From a bacterium (GTDB lineage: Bacteria; Patescibacteriota; Andersenbacteria; UBA10190; CAIZMI01), in contig JAUSJG010000008.1 in assembly GCA_030647555.1 (NCBI GenBank), positions 129,467 through 193,466 of the forward strand: 64,000 bases of DNA, written 5' to 3'. Position numbers and translations under genes: made by a program. The notes under the pieces were generated by a model. That model made no database searches. It had not been told where the DNA came from and saw only the letters and a program-made list of their open reading frames with translations. This document shows positions 9,765 to 19,134 of the stretch, in pieces. Within the stretch, counting starts at the first letter, position 1. Each line of letters begins with the position of its first letter.

Positions 9765-12128
9765 TTAGTTGGTGGGCCCGGAAGCGATAAGATCTAAAAC
9801 CAGTGGGCCGTGCTTGATGTTTAGATTTAGATCTATAAAGCCCTTGTTATTGTAACTTAATGTGTCGGCCGGAATAATAATAGATTTGTCGGCGTATTGA
9901 TTATTCTTTTCGGTTTCAAGGTTGGTTATTTCTTGGCCATTGTATTTTATTATCGCAGTTGCGCCGTTATTTTGGAGACGAATTAGCAGTTTTAGCGGTG
10001 TGTTGATTTTTTTCGTATCCGATGGATCCCAAAGTGGTTTAACGTATGTGCCCACGTTTAAGTGAATGGAACCATCGTTACTTTGAATTTCGCGCAGTGA
10101 ACGGTCGTCACGGAACAGGGGGTCGGAAATTCGCGTGGCCGTTACGGAAATCGCGGAGTAGGCTTGGGTGTCTTCGGAATCTCCCAGTTCATTGGCGATC
10201 GTTGCCGGTTGAAGAAGAAAATCGGATTCGTTGTCTTTAGGTTCGTTTGCGTCGGGGGCTTGGAATGAATAGATTGTTGTTTCGGTGTTGGTAAAAGCGG
10301 ATGTTAAATATGGGTTGTACTTGAACGTGTCGGTCGACGCGCCCACCGCTGTGCCGATAAGTTTAATGTTTTGTTTTACTAGCAAGTTTGCGATAATGGG
10401 GTTATTGCCAAGCATAAATATTTTTTCGTAATCAAGGCCTGTTTCGTACAGTTTTTTACGTAATGGCGATTGCTTGGATTCTTTTCCAATGACACCAAAA
10501 TCTCCGCCAATGCGAGTAATCATGTTAAACGGTGAAAGAATGCCCCAGGTTAGACGGCGCCGATTCCAATCATCAATGAGAAAATTTTCTTTTTTATCAG
10601 TGGTTGTTTGCTTAAGAAAAGAAAGCATGTCGAGGGTTTCTGGCGTGAGACTGGCATTTACGCGCGTGGAGTGATTTGTGGCTATCAGTTGCTGGGATGC
10701 GGAGTTGGTTTGAGTCGCAATAGCTATGGCTATTGCGAGAATGATGAATGATGAATGATGATTTATGAATACGGAACTGCCGATTTTGTTTTTACCGATT
10801 GCGATGATTTCCGATAAAAATATTCCGGCGAAAATCGAAAGTGGTAAGCAGGCGTAAAAAAGTGTGCGCGCTGAAGGAATGTCAATAAATAATTTTGAAC
10901 CCTGGCCAAGAAACAGAAAAACGAGACAAAAAGTTGCCAGCAAAACTCGGAAGATATTTTTTCTTTCTTTTGCAAAAATATATGTCACCAATAAACCGAC
11001 TAAACCAAACAGAAAAACGGTTACACCAAATGTGGAAGGATAATCCAACAGTGAAATGGTGAATGGTTTTAGATGCGGATGCAGATTAAAGAGAGCCGAT
11101 AATTTTTTGGTGAGTGGAGAAAAGAAAATAACAATAATTGCCATTGCCAAAAATAAAACAGTAATAATGGCCGAAATTTTTGGATTGTGCTTAATAAGGA
11201 CAAAAATACTTGTGCGGAAAAATATTAAGAGTGTGATTATTAATCCAAGGGCGACAAAGGTGGCGAGAAACGCGGTAAATTGGTGGACGATGGGGAGGAG
11301 AAGCAAGCAAAAAAGTGAAACTGCCAGCGGGGTGATTAGTTTTTTATAGTTATGAGTGATTTGCCATTTACTTATGGTGAATAAGAATAAAAATAACCCT
11401 GTTACTAGTAAGATTTCGCCAATTAAGTTTTGGTAATGATAGCCCGGGTAAAAAACATAACGGAGAAAGCGGATATTGGTGGAAGCAAAAAAGAACACCA
11501 GCAGTTGTGTTTTGGCGTCGGTGCTGATGAGTGCGGTGATGGCGACGCCCAGTGCGGCGAGAATAATTCCGGCCCAAAAAGAAAACCAGGCGGTTGAAAC
11601 AAATTGGTCGCCACCCGTTTTAATTACCACGGCCGTTAATGAGTGTAATCCCGGTGTAAGAAAATCTGAAGGATCGCGATTGAGGTTGAGAGAACTTTGG
11701 TAGTTGGGGAGGCGATTGTTTTGGAGAATATTGTTTGCCCAATAGATTGCTTTTTGAACATCGCCTGTTGGAAGTTGATGATGAACAGTGAAAATCGGCA
11801 GGGTGAGGAATAAAATAATCAGAACATAAAGAAACGCGAATCTTTTTTGGGGCCAAGAGATTGTTTTAATAACGACTAAGGCGTGGCGGCGATAAGGGGG
11901 GACAGCTAAACAAATAATGATTGGCAGTACTGAAAAAATGCCGATGACCGGCACGGAAAGTCCAATATGAACAAAACTGATAACAAATGAATAAAAAATT
12001 GTCCAAGCGATACCCAAACTTCCGGCGATACCAAGCAAGCCGACAAGCGGGGTTTGTTTTCGCGATAAAGCGGTGGCCAATGGCAGGCCTGGGATAAAAG
12101 CGATTAACAAAAGTGAGAGGATGGTCAT
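9765..12128 (-). CDS. large polytopic membrane protein with C-terminal extracytoplasmic domain (putative glycan polymerase/transferase-like)
   Basis: A 787-aa ORF with more than 12 TM segments in the N-terminal two thirds. It contains an embedded AATGATGA/palindrome repeat (see findings). Confidence 0.45.
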   Translation of the reverse strand: MTILSLLLIAFIPGLPLATALSRKQTPLVGLLGIAGSLGIAWTIFYSFVISFVHIGLSVPVIGIFSVLPIIICLAVPPYRRHALVVIKTISWPQKRFAFLYVLIILFLTLPIFTVHHQLPTGDVQKAIYWANNILQNNRLPNYQSSLNLNRDPSDFLTPGLHSLTAVVIKTGGDQFVSTAWFSFWAGIILAALGVAITALISTDAKTQLLVFFFASTNIRFLRYVFYPGYHYQNLIGEILLVTGLFLFLFTISKWQITHNYKKLITPLAVSLFCLLLLPIVHQFTAFLATFVALGLIITLLIFFRTSIFVLIKHNPKISAIITVLFLAMAIIVIFFSPLTKKLSALFNLHPHLKPFTISLLDYPSTFGVTVFLFGLVGLLVTYIFAKERKNIFRVLLATFCLVFLFLGQGSKLFIDIPSARTLFYACLPLSIFAGIFLSEIIAIGKNKIGSSVFINHHSSFIILAIAIAIATQTNSASQQLIATNHSTRVNASLTPETLDMLSFLKQTTTDKKENFLIDDWNRRRLTWGILSPFNMITRIGGDFGVIGKESKQSPLRKKLYETGLDYEKIFMLGNNPIIANLLVKQNIKLIGTAVGASTDTFKYNPYLTSAFTNTETTIYSFQAPDANEPKDNESDFLLQPATIANELGDSEDTQAYSAISVTATRISDPLFRDDRSLREIQSNDGSIHLNVGTYVKPLWDPSDTKKINTPLKLLIRLQNNGATAIIKYNGQEITNLETEKNNQYADKSIIIPADTLSYNNKGFIDLNLNIKHGPLVLDLIASGPTN
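10716..10775. repeat. perfect 26-bp palindrome plus an (AATGATGA)n motif embedded in-frame in a CDS
   Basis: gtcgcaatagctatggctattgcgagaatgatgaatgatgaatgatgatttatgaata. On the minus strand it encodes ...INHHSSFIILAIAIAIA... The same AT-rich motif is intergenic at 19056-19134, 33896-33935 and 54041-54135. Confidence 0.5.
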
Positions 12129-13294
12129 TTGATGAGTCCTTCTATAAGAGAGCTAAACTTAGCGCCAATTGTGTCCCGTGTCCACTGTTTCCAGAGGCCA
12201 TCGGTGGCTTGGGTGAATTTTCGCTTTGCTTCGTCCGTAAGACCGTATTTGATGCATTTTATCAGAGTTTCCGGTTGGTTGGGGTCATAAAGTGTCCAAC
12301 TGTGAATGGATTCAGGCAAAAGAAGTTTTCTGATGCCCACGTCGCCGGTAATGATTGGTGTGCCGGACTTTAGCGCCAACATTGTTCGTGACGATGATTT
12401 TGCCTGGTTGGCAATGGAGTTATCGATTGGATCAATCAGTAGATTGGCCTGACGCGCAAAATCTTCGGAGTTGTTGCTTTGGAAACGACCAAAAAAATGA
12501 ATGCGATTGCTGTTGCTTAGAAGTTTTGCCTGTGCACGAATTTTATCGGCGTCGATTCCGTCACCGGCCAAGATGAGATGTAGTTTTAGATTCCCGATCG
12601 ATAGTTCGTTCCAGGCGTTTAATATTTGATCAACCCGATGACCGGATGAAATTGCTAAGCTGCCTAAATATAAAATTATTTGCGAATCCGCGCCCAGGTC
12701 AAAATACCGTCGCAAATTAATCGATTCATTCTGTGTGGATTCCGGAATAGCGGTTGGAATTAATTCAATGGGTTTGTTGAGGGATATTTTTTTGTATTGT
12801 TCGACCAGGTAAGGTGAGCAAGCGGTTATTAACTGACTTTTTGTGGCGGCTTTTTTGTTGATGTGGTTGAGCCACATTCGTTCCAGTGCATTACTGCGCG
12901 ATGAGTGCCCTTCGTCGTCATCGGAGTCAAGAATTATTGGCGTGGTGATTTTTTTAATGGCGGAAAAATTTTGTGGATGCGCTTTTACCAAAACAATCAA
13001 ATCCGGATTCTGTTTTTGCACAGCATCACGCAAACCTTTTTTTGCCGCTAAATAGCGCAACAGTAATTTAAAAATATTTGGTTTTTTTGCTCCATCTCTA
13101 AAGCTCGGCCCGGCGATGGTTGTGGGGATAAGCGAGCTTTCCGGCGCATCCATTATTTTCCCGAGTGTGATGAGGTTCACTTCGTGTCCTCTTTTTTTAA
13201 GTTCCAGTGCGAGGGGGATTGTGCGGCCGACGATGGTAGAGCTGTTTAATGGCAGCGTCGCGAGAAAAGTAACACGCAAAGGTTTTAAACTCAT
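12125..13294 (-). CDS. glycosyltransferase family 4 (GT-B, group 1)
   Basis: The start was trimmed to MSLKPLRVTFLAT. The ORF track's 60-aa N-terminal extension is Arg-rich and not protein-like. EVNLITLG ... ILYLGSL ... LILAGDG is the GT4 pattern. Confidence 0.6.
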   Translation of the reverse strand: MSLKPLRVTFLATLPLNSSTIVGRTIPLALELKKRGHEVNLITLGKIMDAPESSLIPTTIAGPSFRDGAKKPNIFKLLLRYLAAKKGLRDAVQKQNPDLIVLVKAHPQNFSAIKKITTPIILDSDDDEGHSSRSNALERMWLNHINKKAATKSQLITACSPYLVEQYKKISLNKPIELIPTAIPESTQNESINLRRYFDLGADSQIILYLGSLAISSGHRVDQILNAWNELSIGNLKLHLILAGDGIDADKIRAQAKLLSNSNRIHFFGRFQSNNSEDFARQANLLIDPIDNSIANQAKSSSRTMLALKSGTPIITGDVGIRKLLLPESIHSWTLYDPNQPETLIKCIKYGLTDEAKRKFTQATDGLWKQWTRDTIGAKFSSLIEGLIK

Positions 13295-13398
13295 AGCAAT
13301 TACAGTAAGGATACATTTTATTGGGCAAATACGTAAGGCAATAAAAAACCGTCGGCAGTGCGAGCTAACGGGGAATCGTGGTGTTTTGTGACGGGTTG

Positions 13399-13635
13399 TC
13401 AGTGGCGATAGTCTTCGATACGGAAAACGGCGGTTCTTGCGATCTTGCGGTATGTGCCGTTTTCGGAGCAATAGCGGTTATGCTCCTTAATCATAAAGAG
13501 GATGCATACAACCAACATTAACCATCCGGCCAAACCGACCAGGAGGCTGTAAAACCCGATGGACTTTACCAGCAGGAGACTGGCGAACATTGTGATAATG
13601 CCGACGTAAGAGATAATCAGGCAAAAGATCTTCAT
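13399..13635 (-). CDS. small 2-TM membrane protein, hypothetical
   Basis: A 78-aa hydrophobic ORF. Confidence 0.25.
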   Translation of the reverse strand: MKIFCLIISYVGIITMFASLLLVKSIGFYSLLVGLAGWLMLVVCILFMIKEHNRYCSENGTYRKIARTAVFRIEDYRH

Positions 13636-13895
13636 GTGAAACCTCGAGTGTTGATTGCTAGGAAGGAACGGGAAGGCACGTTTTGTTCAACGTGTTTTGT
13701 AATACTATTACTATTTCATTATTGTAAGCAAGCACGTATCGCTCTCAAAGAAATTATGACAAAAAATCTTTATTTGTCTTGCGTTTTATATTTGTGTATA
13801 GACGGAAATAATTTTCAAGAAGTTGGTGGGGTATATTTAACGTGGATTCCCGCTTTCGCGGGAATGACACGTCTGATGTATTGTTTTTGACTTCG

Positions 13896-14636
13896 CTATT
13901 TTAGTTCGTAAACAATTGTTACGTTAGCCGTTATTTCCTGGGTACCGGTTGGGACTTCTGGAGCTTTGGCTTCCATTGCGCCGGCGCCGAGGGGTGTGGC
14001 GTTGCTGAAAGTGCGATAAACGTCTGGTGAAGATGCTGACGAGGAAAAAGTTTTTACTCGGCCTAATCCAACTCCCAGTGTCCTGGTTAGTTCTTTGGCT
14101 TTGTCTTGCGCGTCGGTAATCGCATTTTTCTGCGCTTCTGTTTGAAGTTTTTCCGGATCATCAATAGTGAACTGCAAATTACCGGCTTGATTAGCGCCTT
14201 GAACGGCACTTTGTGCAAGAATATCGCCGACCTTATTAAGGTCGCGAATCTTGATTTCGATATTTTCGGATGCTTCAAAACCTTTCAATGTTTGCTTGCC
14301 ATTATTCCAATCATAAACGGGATTAATTGATAGGTTTGTTGTTTTGATGTCATCCGCTTTTACGCCTTGGCTTTTAACCGCCGTCAGCACAGCATTAAAT
14401 TTATCGGTTAGTATCTTTGTGGCGATGCCGGCGGATGTTTGCGTGCCCGTGGTTACACCAATCGAAAATTGCGCGATATCCGGTTTAGCTTCAACTTTTC
14501 CTGTACCCTGCACGGATATTTCTCGATTTGCTTCGGTTTCTTTCTGGATACGCTGTGGTTGCGATGCAACGTATTGTCCTCCGACATATAAAAGACCGCC
14601 AATTACTACGGCTGTGATGATGTGTTTTTCATTCAT
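13896..14636 (-). CDS. SIMPL-domain (DUF541) periplasmic/secreted protein
   Basis: An N-terminal TM segment, then ISVQGTGKVEAKPDIAQFSIGV ... NLSINPVYDWNNGKQTLKGFEASENIEIKIRDLNKVGDIL ... ITANVTIVYEL, matching the SIMPL / 26-kDa periplasmic immunogenic protein pattern. Confidence 0.7.
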   Translation of the reverse strand: MNEKHIITAVVIGGLLYVGGQYVASQPQRIQKETEANREISVQGTGKVEAKPDIAQFSIGVTTGTQTSAGIATKILTDKFNAVLTAVKSQGVKADDIKTTNLSINPVYDWNNGKQTLKGFEASENIEIKIRDLNKVGDILAQSAVQGANQAGNLQFTIDDPEKLQTEAQKNAITDAQDKAKELTRTLGVGLGRVKTFSSSASSPDVYRTFSNATPLGAGAMEAKAPEVPTGTQEITANVTIVYELK

Positions 14637-14711
14637 TGGTTTAGTTTGTTAATTATTTGTTGCCATTATATCATGATTATGGAGGGCTCGTTACTTTTCA
14701 TATAAACACTC

Positions 14712-16451
14712 ATGTTCACTGAAGGAGTCCTGAATTCAGCGCGCCAATTTATTAGCACCCCGATGGGGTGGAATTATACGTCTAACGAAACGCGTGCGAT
14801 TGATCCATTTTTCACAAACCGTGATCGACGGGTGTTTTTCATGCACACGCTTCCAGCTTCGGTTGGCACGACCCTGTTGGCTATGTTTTCACGCATCAAA
14901 AACCCGCGCGGTGTGCGTGGTGTTTTTGTCGATGCGTTTTTACCGCAGTTTTTGGCGACGCAGTTAACGGACGTTGAGAAAAGTTTCGGCGGTGATGAAG
15001 CAAAATTTATTAGAGACAGAAAAATTGGGACACTGGATTCCTTTGTAAATTACTCAGAAGAAGCGAGAAATTTGTTCGAAGATTTTCTGAAACGTGGCGC
15101 ACTGGACCCGGAATATCTGAAAGTGTTGGCGCAATCCAATAAGGCGCAAAAATTCTTAAGTGTTTGGTTGAGTGAAAAATATGGTCACAATTCCATTGCG
15201 CGTGTTGGTTCGGTCTGGCTATGTTGTGAAAAAATTTCTATCTTGGCGATCAAGACAATGGAGTGGAGTCGTCCCGGGGCAGGGTATATTGAGCTTTCTA
15301 CGCGCTATGTTGATATGTCATCGGCCGGTTGTTATCCGATTGAGAATGAATTGAAAGAAGGTTGGAAAGTGGATCCTGAAATTGTGATTTCGGCGCGCAA
15401 CGATGCTTTTGCAACATATGATGCGTTGGCCGGTGCAAACTTTGACGGGCCGTTCCCAAATTTTTTGCGGGAAAAATTTGGTTCCGCATTTTCCGCTGTT
15501 CCAAAAGATTTGGAAATGGGTGTGATCGGTGAAACATGTGACGTATTGGGCAATTTGCTTCCTTCATCTTCGTTGAGCTCTGTTGGTATGTGTTTGAGCG
15601 GGGAAGCCTTTGGTGAAGTTTTGTCACACCTATTATTGGACGTCACGCCGGAAAACATTGTTTTAGTGGAAACTATTCTTAAAGAAACCGATCAAATTGG
15701 CGTGCGCGAGTTTGCCAAATATTTTGTGCCAACAGATTGGAAGAAAACACATTGGCAATACTTGGACACGCAGAAGTTTTTGGATTTAGCCCAGGAGGAA
15801 CACACCCAGGCAAAACCCTTAGTGGGATACAATCGGTTTGCTGTCGAAACATCAATAATGGCTGCTTTGCAATTGCGTGACGGCGTGAAGGCGAGTGGTG
15901 ATTTTGCAACAGTTTTTGCTAATGCCGGAATGGGTACAGTACGCTCGCCATTTGATAAATTACCGGCGGAATTTGAATCATTTACCATGGCGATGCGTGG
16001 CATGATGACCTACCGTGGTTGGCGCGACTTGCAGCGGATGGGTTTTTGCACTCACTTGCGAACCTATGTGACAACCGATCTTGGCTACTATAAATATGAC
16101 AAAGTGGATTACTCACCACTGAAGAAAGCCTTTTTGGCTTCGGCAAAAGATGGTGTTTGGTTGGAACACGAAATGAAACGCAAGGGTGTGCCGGCAATAT
16201 TGCGACAGTATCCTTTAGCTTTGGGTTGGAATATTGGTTTTTCCGTTGCTGCCAATTTAAGGCAATGGGAATTCTGTGACTGGCAGCGTTCCAAATACAG
16301 TGTTAATCATGAAGTGCGCCAAGCATTTTTGTCCGCGGAAAATTATTTGCGTGAACTTTTGCCTTGGTGGAAAGATGTTTCGAGGGCAGACATTACTCCT
16401 GCATACATATTTGCACGGGGTAGTACGGCGATTGCTCTAGAAAACAAATGA
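14712..16451 (+). CDS. hypothetical 579-aa protein; a weak ThyX-like motif (GYIELSTRYV resembling the NELSGRY core of flavin-dependent thymidylate synthase) without the RHR triad
   Basis: A long soluble ORF. Only a local motif resemblance was seen, so the function is unassigned. Confidence 0.35.
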   Translation: MFTEGVLNSARQFISTPMGWNYTSNETRAIDPFFTNRDRRVFFMHTLPASVGTTLLAMFSRIKNPRGVRGVFVDAFLPQFLATQLTDVEKSFGGDEAKFIRDRKIGTLDSFVNYSEEARNLFEDFLKRGALDPEYLKVLAQSNKAQKFLSVWLSEKYGHNSIARVGSVWLCCEKISILAIKTMEWSRPGAGYIELSTRYVDMSSAGCYPIENELKEGWKVDPEIVISARNDAFATYDALAGANFDGPFPNFLREKFGSAFSAVPKDLEMGVIGETCDVLGNLLPSSSLSSVGMCLSGEAFGEVLSHLLLDVTPENIVLVETILKETDQIGVREFAKYFVPTDWKKTHWQYLDTQKFLDLAQEEHTQAKPLVGYNRFAVETSIMAALQLRDGVKASGDFATVFANAGMGTVRSPFDKLPAEFESFTMAMRGMMTYRGWRDLQRMGFCTHLRTYVTTDLGYYKYDKVDYSPLKKAFLASAKDGVWLEHEMKRKGVPAILRQYPLALGWNIGFSVAANLRQWEFCDWQRSKYSVNHEVRQAFLSAENYLRELLPWWKDVSRADITPAYIFARGSTAIALENK

Positions 16452-16624
16452 CCAATAACCAATACTCAATGACCATTGAATGACTAATTTTGCAATGACC
16501 ACTGACGTAACGCAGTAATGTAATTGGGTATTAAGTCATTGAGAATTCAGTGGGCATTGGTTATTGAGTATTGGTCATTAATGGGGTTGACTGATTTGAA
16601 TTAATATATTTTCACAAGTACAAT

Positions 16625-17404
16625 ATGACTATGGAAAAGAATTTAACCTACGAGCTCCAGCAAATGGGATTGGAAAAAAACGAGGCCGTTATTTACATGG
16701 CTTCTTTGGAACTTGGGCCATCGCCAGTACAAAGAATCGCCCAACGCGGAAAAGTCCCGCGCGCGACAACCTATTTAATTTTGGAAGAACTGAAAAAGAA
16801 GGGTTTGGTTGCCACGCACGAGCACGGCAAGAAAACGTATTTTACCGCGCAACATCCATCGCAATTGGAAGGTCTCATGAAATTGCAAGAAAACGAGCTA
16901 GAAATTCGCAAGAAGACGATTGAATCGCTTATTCCTGAATTAGAACAAAGGGGTCAGTTCGCGGAATCAGTACGACCACGCGTTAGGTATTACGAAGGAA
17001 AAGAATCCTTTCCGGCTTTTCGACGTGATTTGTTAAGTAAACGGAAAGATCAGAAGTTGGTGAGAGGAATCGTGGAACACGATAAATTTGAAAAGTTTGT
17101 GGGGAATTTGGGTGAGTTTATCAAGAAGAGGACAAGTGAGGGTGTTTCAAGTCGCAGTATATATGCGTCAGAAACAGTAACTTATCCTGAAAATGATCCG
17201 GAGAAAAAGAAAGAATCACGCAAGATCGATGGCAAAAAATACCCCGTTCCGGCGGACATCAGTATCATTGGAAATTGTGTCGGTTTGATGTCATACAGCG
17301 AGCCGTTCCGGGCGGTAATTATTGAAGATAAGGATATTTCGGAAGCAATGGTTTCGATTTTTGAGTTGGCCTGGAAAGGCGCAGAAGCGGAAAAAGGAAA
17401 GTAG
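16625..17404 (+). CDS. TrmB-family HTH transcriptional regulator
   Basis: LTYELQQMGLEKNEAVIYMASLELGPSPVQRIAQRGKVPRATTYLILEELKKKGLV is the TrmB HTH. TACAAT at 16619-16624 abuts the ATG, so the mRNA may be leaderless from the second ATG at 16631. Confidence 0.7.
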   Translation: MTMEKNLTYELQQMGLEKNEAVIYMASLELGPSPVQRIAQRGKVPRATTYLILEELKKKGLVATHEHGKKTYFTAQHPSQLEGLMKLQENELEIRKKTIESLIPELEQRGQFAESVRPRVRYYEGKESFPAFRRDLLSKRKDQKLVRGIVEHDKFEKFVGNLGEFIKKRTSEGVSSRSIYASETVTYPENDPEKKKESRKIDGKKYPVPADISIIGNCVGLMSYSEPFRAVIIEDKDISEAMVSIFELAWKGAEAEKGK

Positions 17405-17426
17405 AAAAAATTTGTTATTGACGTTT

Positions 17427-17460
17427 ATTAGGGATTATCCTTTAAAGGATAATCCCTAAT
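17427..17460. promoter_or_regulatory. 34-bp perfect palindrome ATTAGGGATTATCCTTTAAAGGATAATCCCTAAT immediately downstream of trmB
   Basis: Perfect dyad with no clear U-tract. It could be a hairpin terminator or a protein-binding operator. Confidence 0.4.
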
Positions 17461-17539
17461 AAAAGGGCCAACAATAGCCAATAATTGTGCGAGCACATTT
17501 TCGGGTGCCATATTTTATGTTTCCAAACCGCCACGGATA

Positions 17540-17567
17540 TTGACAAAATATACAAAAAGAGTACAAT
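17540..17567 (+). promoter_or_regulatory. near-consensus sigma70-type promoter (TTGACA-N16-TACAAT)
   Basis: ttgacaaaatatacaaaaagagtacaat. The downstream ATG encodes only MGS*, so the promoter appears to drive a non-coding transcript. Confidence 0.4.
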
Positions 17568-17576
17568 TATGTTCAT

Positions 17577-18612
17577 CCCGAGTGCTGTTTCGTGTCCCGA
17601 AAGGAGGTGGTGTATGGGTTCATAACCCTTCACGGTGCGTTTCACGCATGGTGAGGGGGAGTAGAAACCCCTCACCCATCCTCAAGGGAGCAGTTACTCG
17701 CGCGATGTGTTGTTTCTCTATTTTTATTCTTGCGCCACTAGCTTCACGGACGACTCCGTGGGGTGATTGTATGGGCAAGAAGAGGAGGTGCTCCGATGTC
17801 CGAATGTCCGCTGTTGTGTTCGTGTTTTGAAGAAAAATATTGTGTGATGTTCGACGGCGCCGCGGCCGACTTGTGACCCCAAAGAAGTTCGGGGGTCGTG
17901 AGGTCGCCTCTTTTTCTTGAGTGCCGATGCTGTGCATCGGGTTGACGTGACAAGGTCCAATTATTAGGGGCCATCACCCTCAAGGGTTTCATTCACAAAT
18001 GGAGATACGATGGAGAATTTCGGGTTAGAGGATTCCCTGAAATTAGCCCCGAGCCGGCGGATCCGGAACTGTTGTTTTGAAAAATTGGTTTTTAGAGAAA
18101 GCGCGATTTTCGTAAATAGCTCCATGTGTAGGGCATATTGCGGGATCGCGGTCCGGCCGACGGCCGGATAGTTGAGGGGAGTTCGGCCAGTCTGGCGTGT
18201 GCATGGGGAGGCGAATATGCCTACTCTGAATCGCGCGCCACGTTTGGACTACTCCCGAAATGCGGAGTCCGCTTTTTCGGCGTTTCGCTGTCCAGGTTTC
18301 CGAGAGCGCTCGGAAATCGTCTGGCTCCAGCGGGGGCTGGAAGAAACGTGCCCTCGAGCCCCACGGCTCGCACTCCGGCTCGTTCTTCCACGGCCCATTT
18401 TCCGGAAGCGGATTCCGCCAAGTTGGGAGTGTCTAGGTTGCAGACCTCCCAAATCCCAGCATCAAGTGGATCTTGCCCACGGTACCAGGGCGCCACTCGC
18501 GGGATCATCGAGAGCCGGTGCGCAATGCACTTGCACCGCCTCTCACCTTTAACCCGGTGTCCTGTCAATCAAGCGTCGACACGCAAGATTGACAGGCCCG
18601 GGCCTTTTTTAT
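17577..18612 (+). ncRNA. candidate large structured non-coding transcript (about 1 kb) between a consensus promoter and a strong intrinsic terminator
   Basis: No ORF longer than 125 aa survives on either strand, and the candidates overlap in all frames. There are many perfect hairpins, for example ggtgagggg-gagtagaaa-cccctcacc, and the CCCTCAAGGG motif occurs twice. GC content is far above the host's. Confidence 0.25.
18556..18612 (+). terminator. compound intrinsic terminator
   Basis: cctgtcaatc-aagcgtcgacacgcaa-gattgacagg is a 10-bp-arm hairpin. It is followed by ggcccgggcc and then ttttttatttg. Confidence 0.5.
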
Positions 18613-18627
18613 TTGCGGAAGTTATTA

Positions 18628-18675
18628 GACCAGGGTTGAACCTTGGACAGGTTTGTCCAAGGTTCAACCCTGGTC
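18628..18675. repeat. perfect palindrome with about 21-bp arms (accagggttgaaccttggaca / tgtccaaggttcaaccctggt)
   Basis: Read directly. It is the longest perfect dyad in the window. Confidence 0.6.
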
Positions 18676-18773
18676 GGCGTATTCCGACACAAAGCGTAAC
18701 GAAAATTATGATTATAAAAATGGCTTGTAAAAGAGCATAAAAGCACACATCGAAAAAGCGTTTGTCACAATGC

Positions 18774-18802
18774 TTGACAAAAAATAAAGGCGGGATTATA
18801 AT
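18774..18802 (+). promoter_or_regulatory. perfect-consensus sigma70 promoter TTGACA-N17-TATAAT
   Basis: ttgacaaaaaataaaggcgggattataat. Confidence 0.45.
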
Positions 18803-18808
18803 ACACCC

Positions 18809-19050
18809 TACTGAATCGACGTCTCCGCCAAGAGTTAGTTTGCTCACTTCACTCACCTCAAATAAATCAATCGTACCGAAGCCGGTTGGTTTAATCACGA
18901 GGAACAACCAAAAAATTGCGTTTAGTAGGAAGAAGGCACGGCCACTTTTTGCGAACTATTCTTTTGTTCGCCTGCCGTTATTGCCACTTTCAAACGACGT
19001 AATCATTGGTTTTGAGTGATGACGGGTTCCGTTCCGTCAGACCTTTTGAC
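18809..19050 (+). ncRNA. candidate small RNA (about 240 nt) from the 18774 promoter to a hairpin plus U-tract
   Basis: No ORF starts downstream of the predicted TSS. tgacgggttccgttccgtcagacctttt at 19019-19050 is terminator-like. Confidence 0.2.
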
Positions 19051-19055
19051 AATTT

Positions 19056-19134
19056 TCCCTTGAATGTTCGACATGATTAATGAATGATGATTTATGATTC
19101 ATGAAGTCGAATATTGAAGGGAAGGCGTGAAAAA
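19056..19134. repeat. MITE-like element: imperfect terminal inverted repeats CCCTTGAATGTTCGAC / GTCGAATATTGAAGGG flanking an AATGATGA-rich core
   Basis: ccttgaatgttcgacatgattaatgaatgatgatttatgattcatgaagtcgaatattgaaggg. Confidence 0.45.

Noticed and set aside
12125-13471. The full 448-aa GT4 ORF including its 60-residue N-terminal extension
   Set aside because: The extension (MLRKRHIPQDRKNRRFPYRRLSPLTTRHKTPRF...) is Arg-rich and unlike the rest of the protein. The start was trimmed to MSLKPLRV at 13294.
13636-13890. 84-aa plus-strand ORF between the small membrane protein and the SIMPL gene
   Set aside because: It is AT-rich intergenic DNA containing a hairpin, with no RBS and an odd composition.
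18138-18740. 200-aa plus-strand ORF, and overlapping ORFs at 18172-18552 and 18221-18568 (minus strand)
   Set aside because: They overlap one another on both strands, are low-complexity (Ala/Arg/Pro-rich) and span terminator hairpins. This is typical of open frames in GC-rich non-coding DNA.
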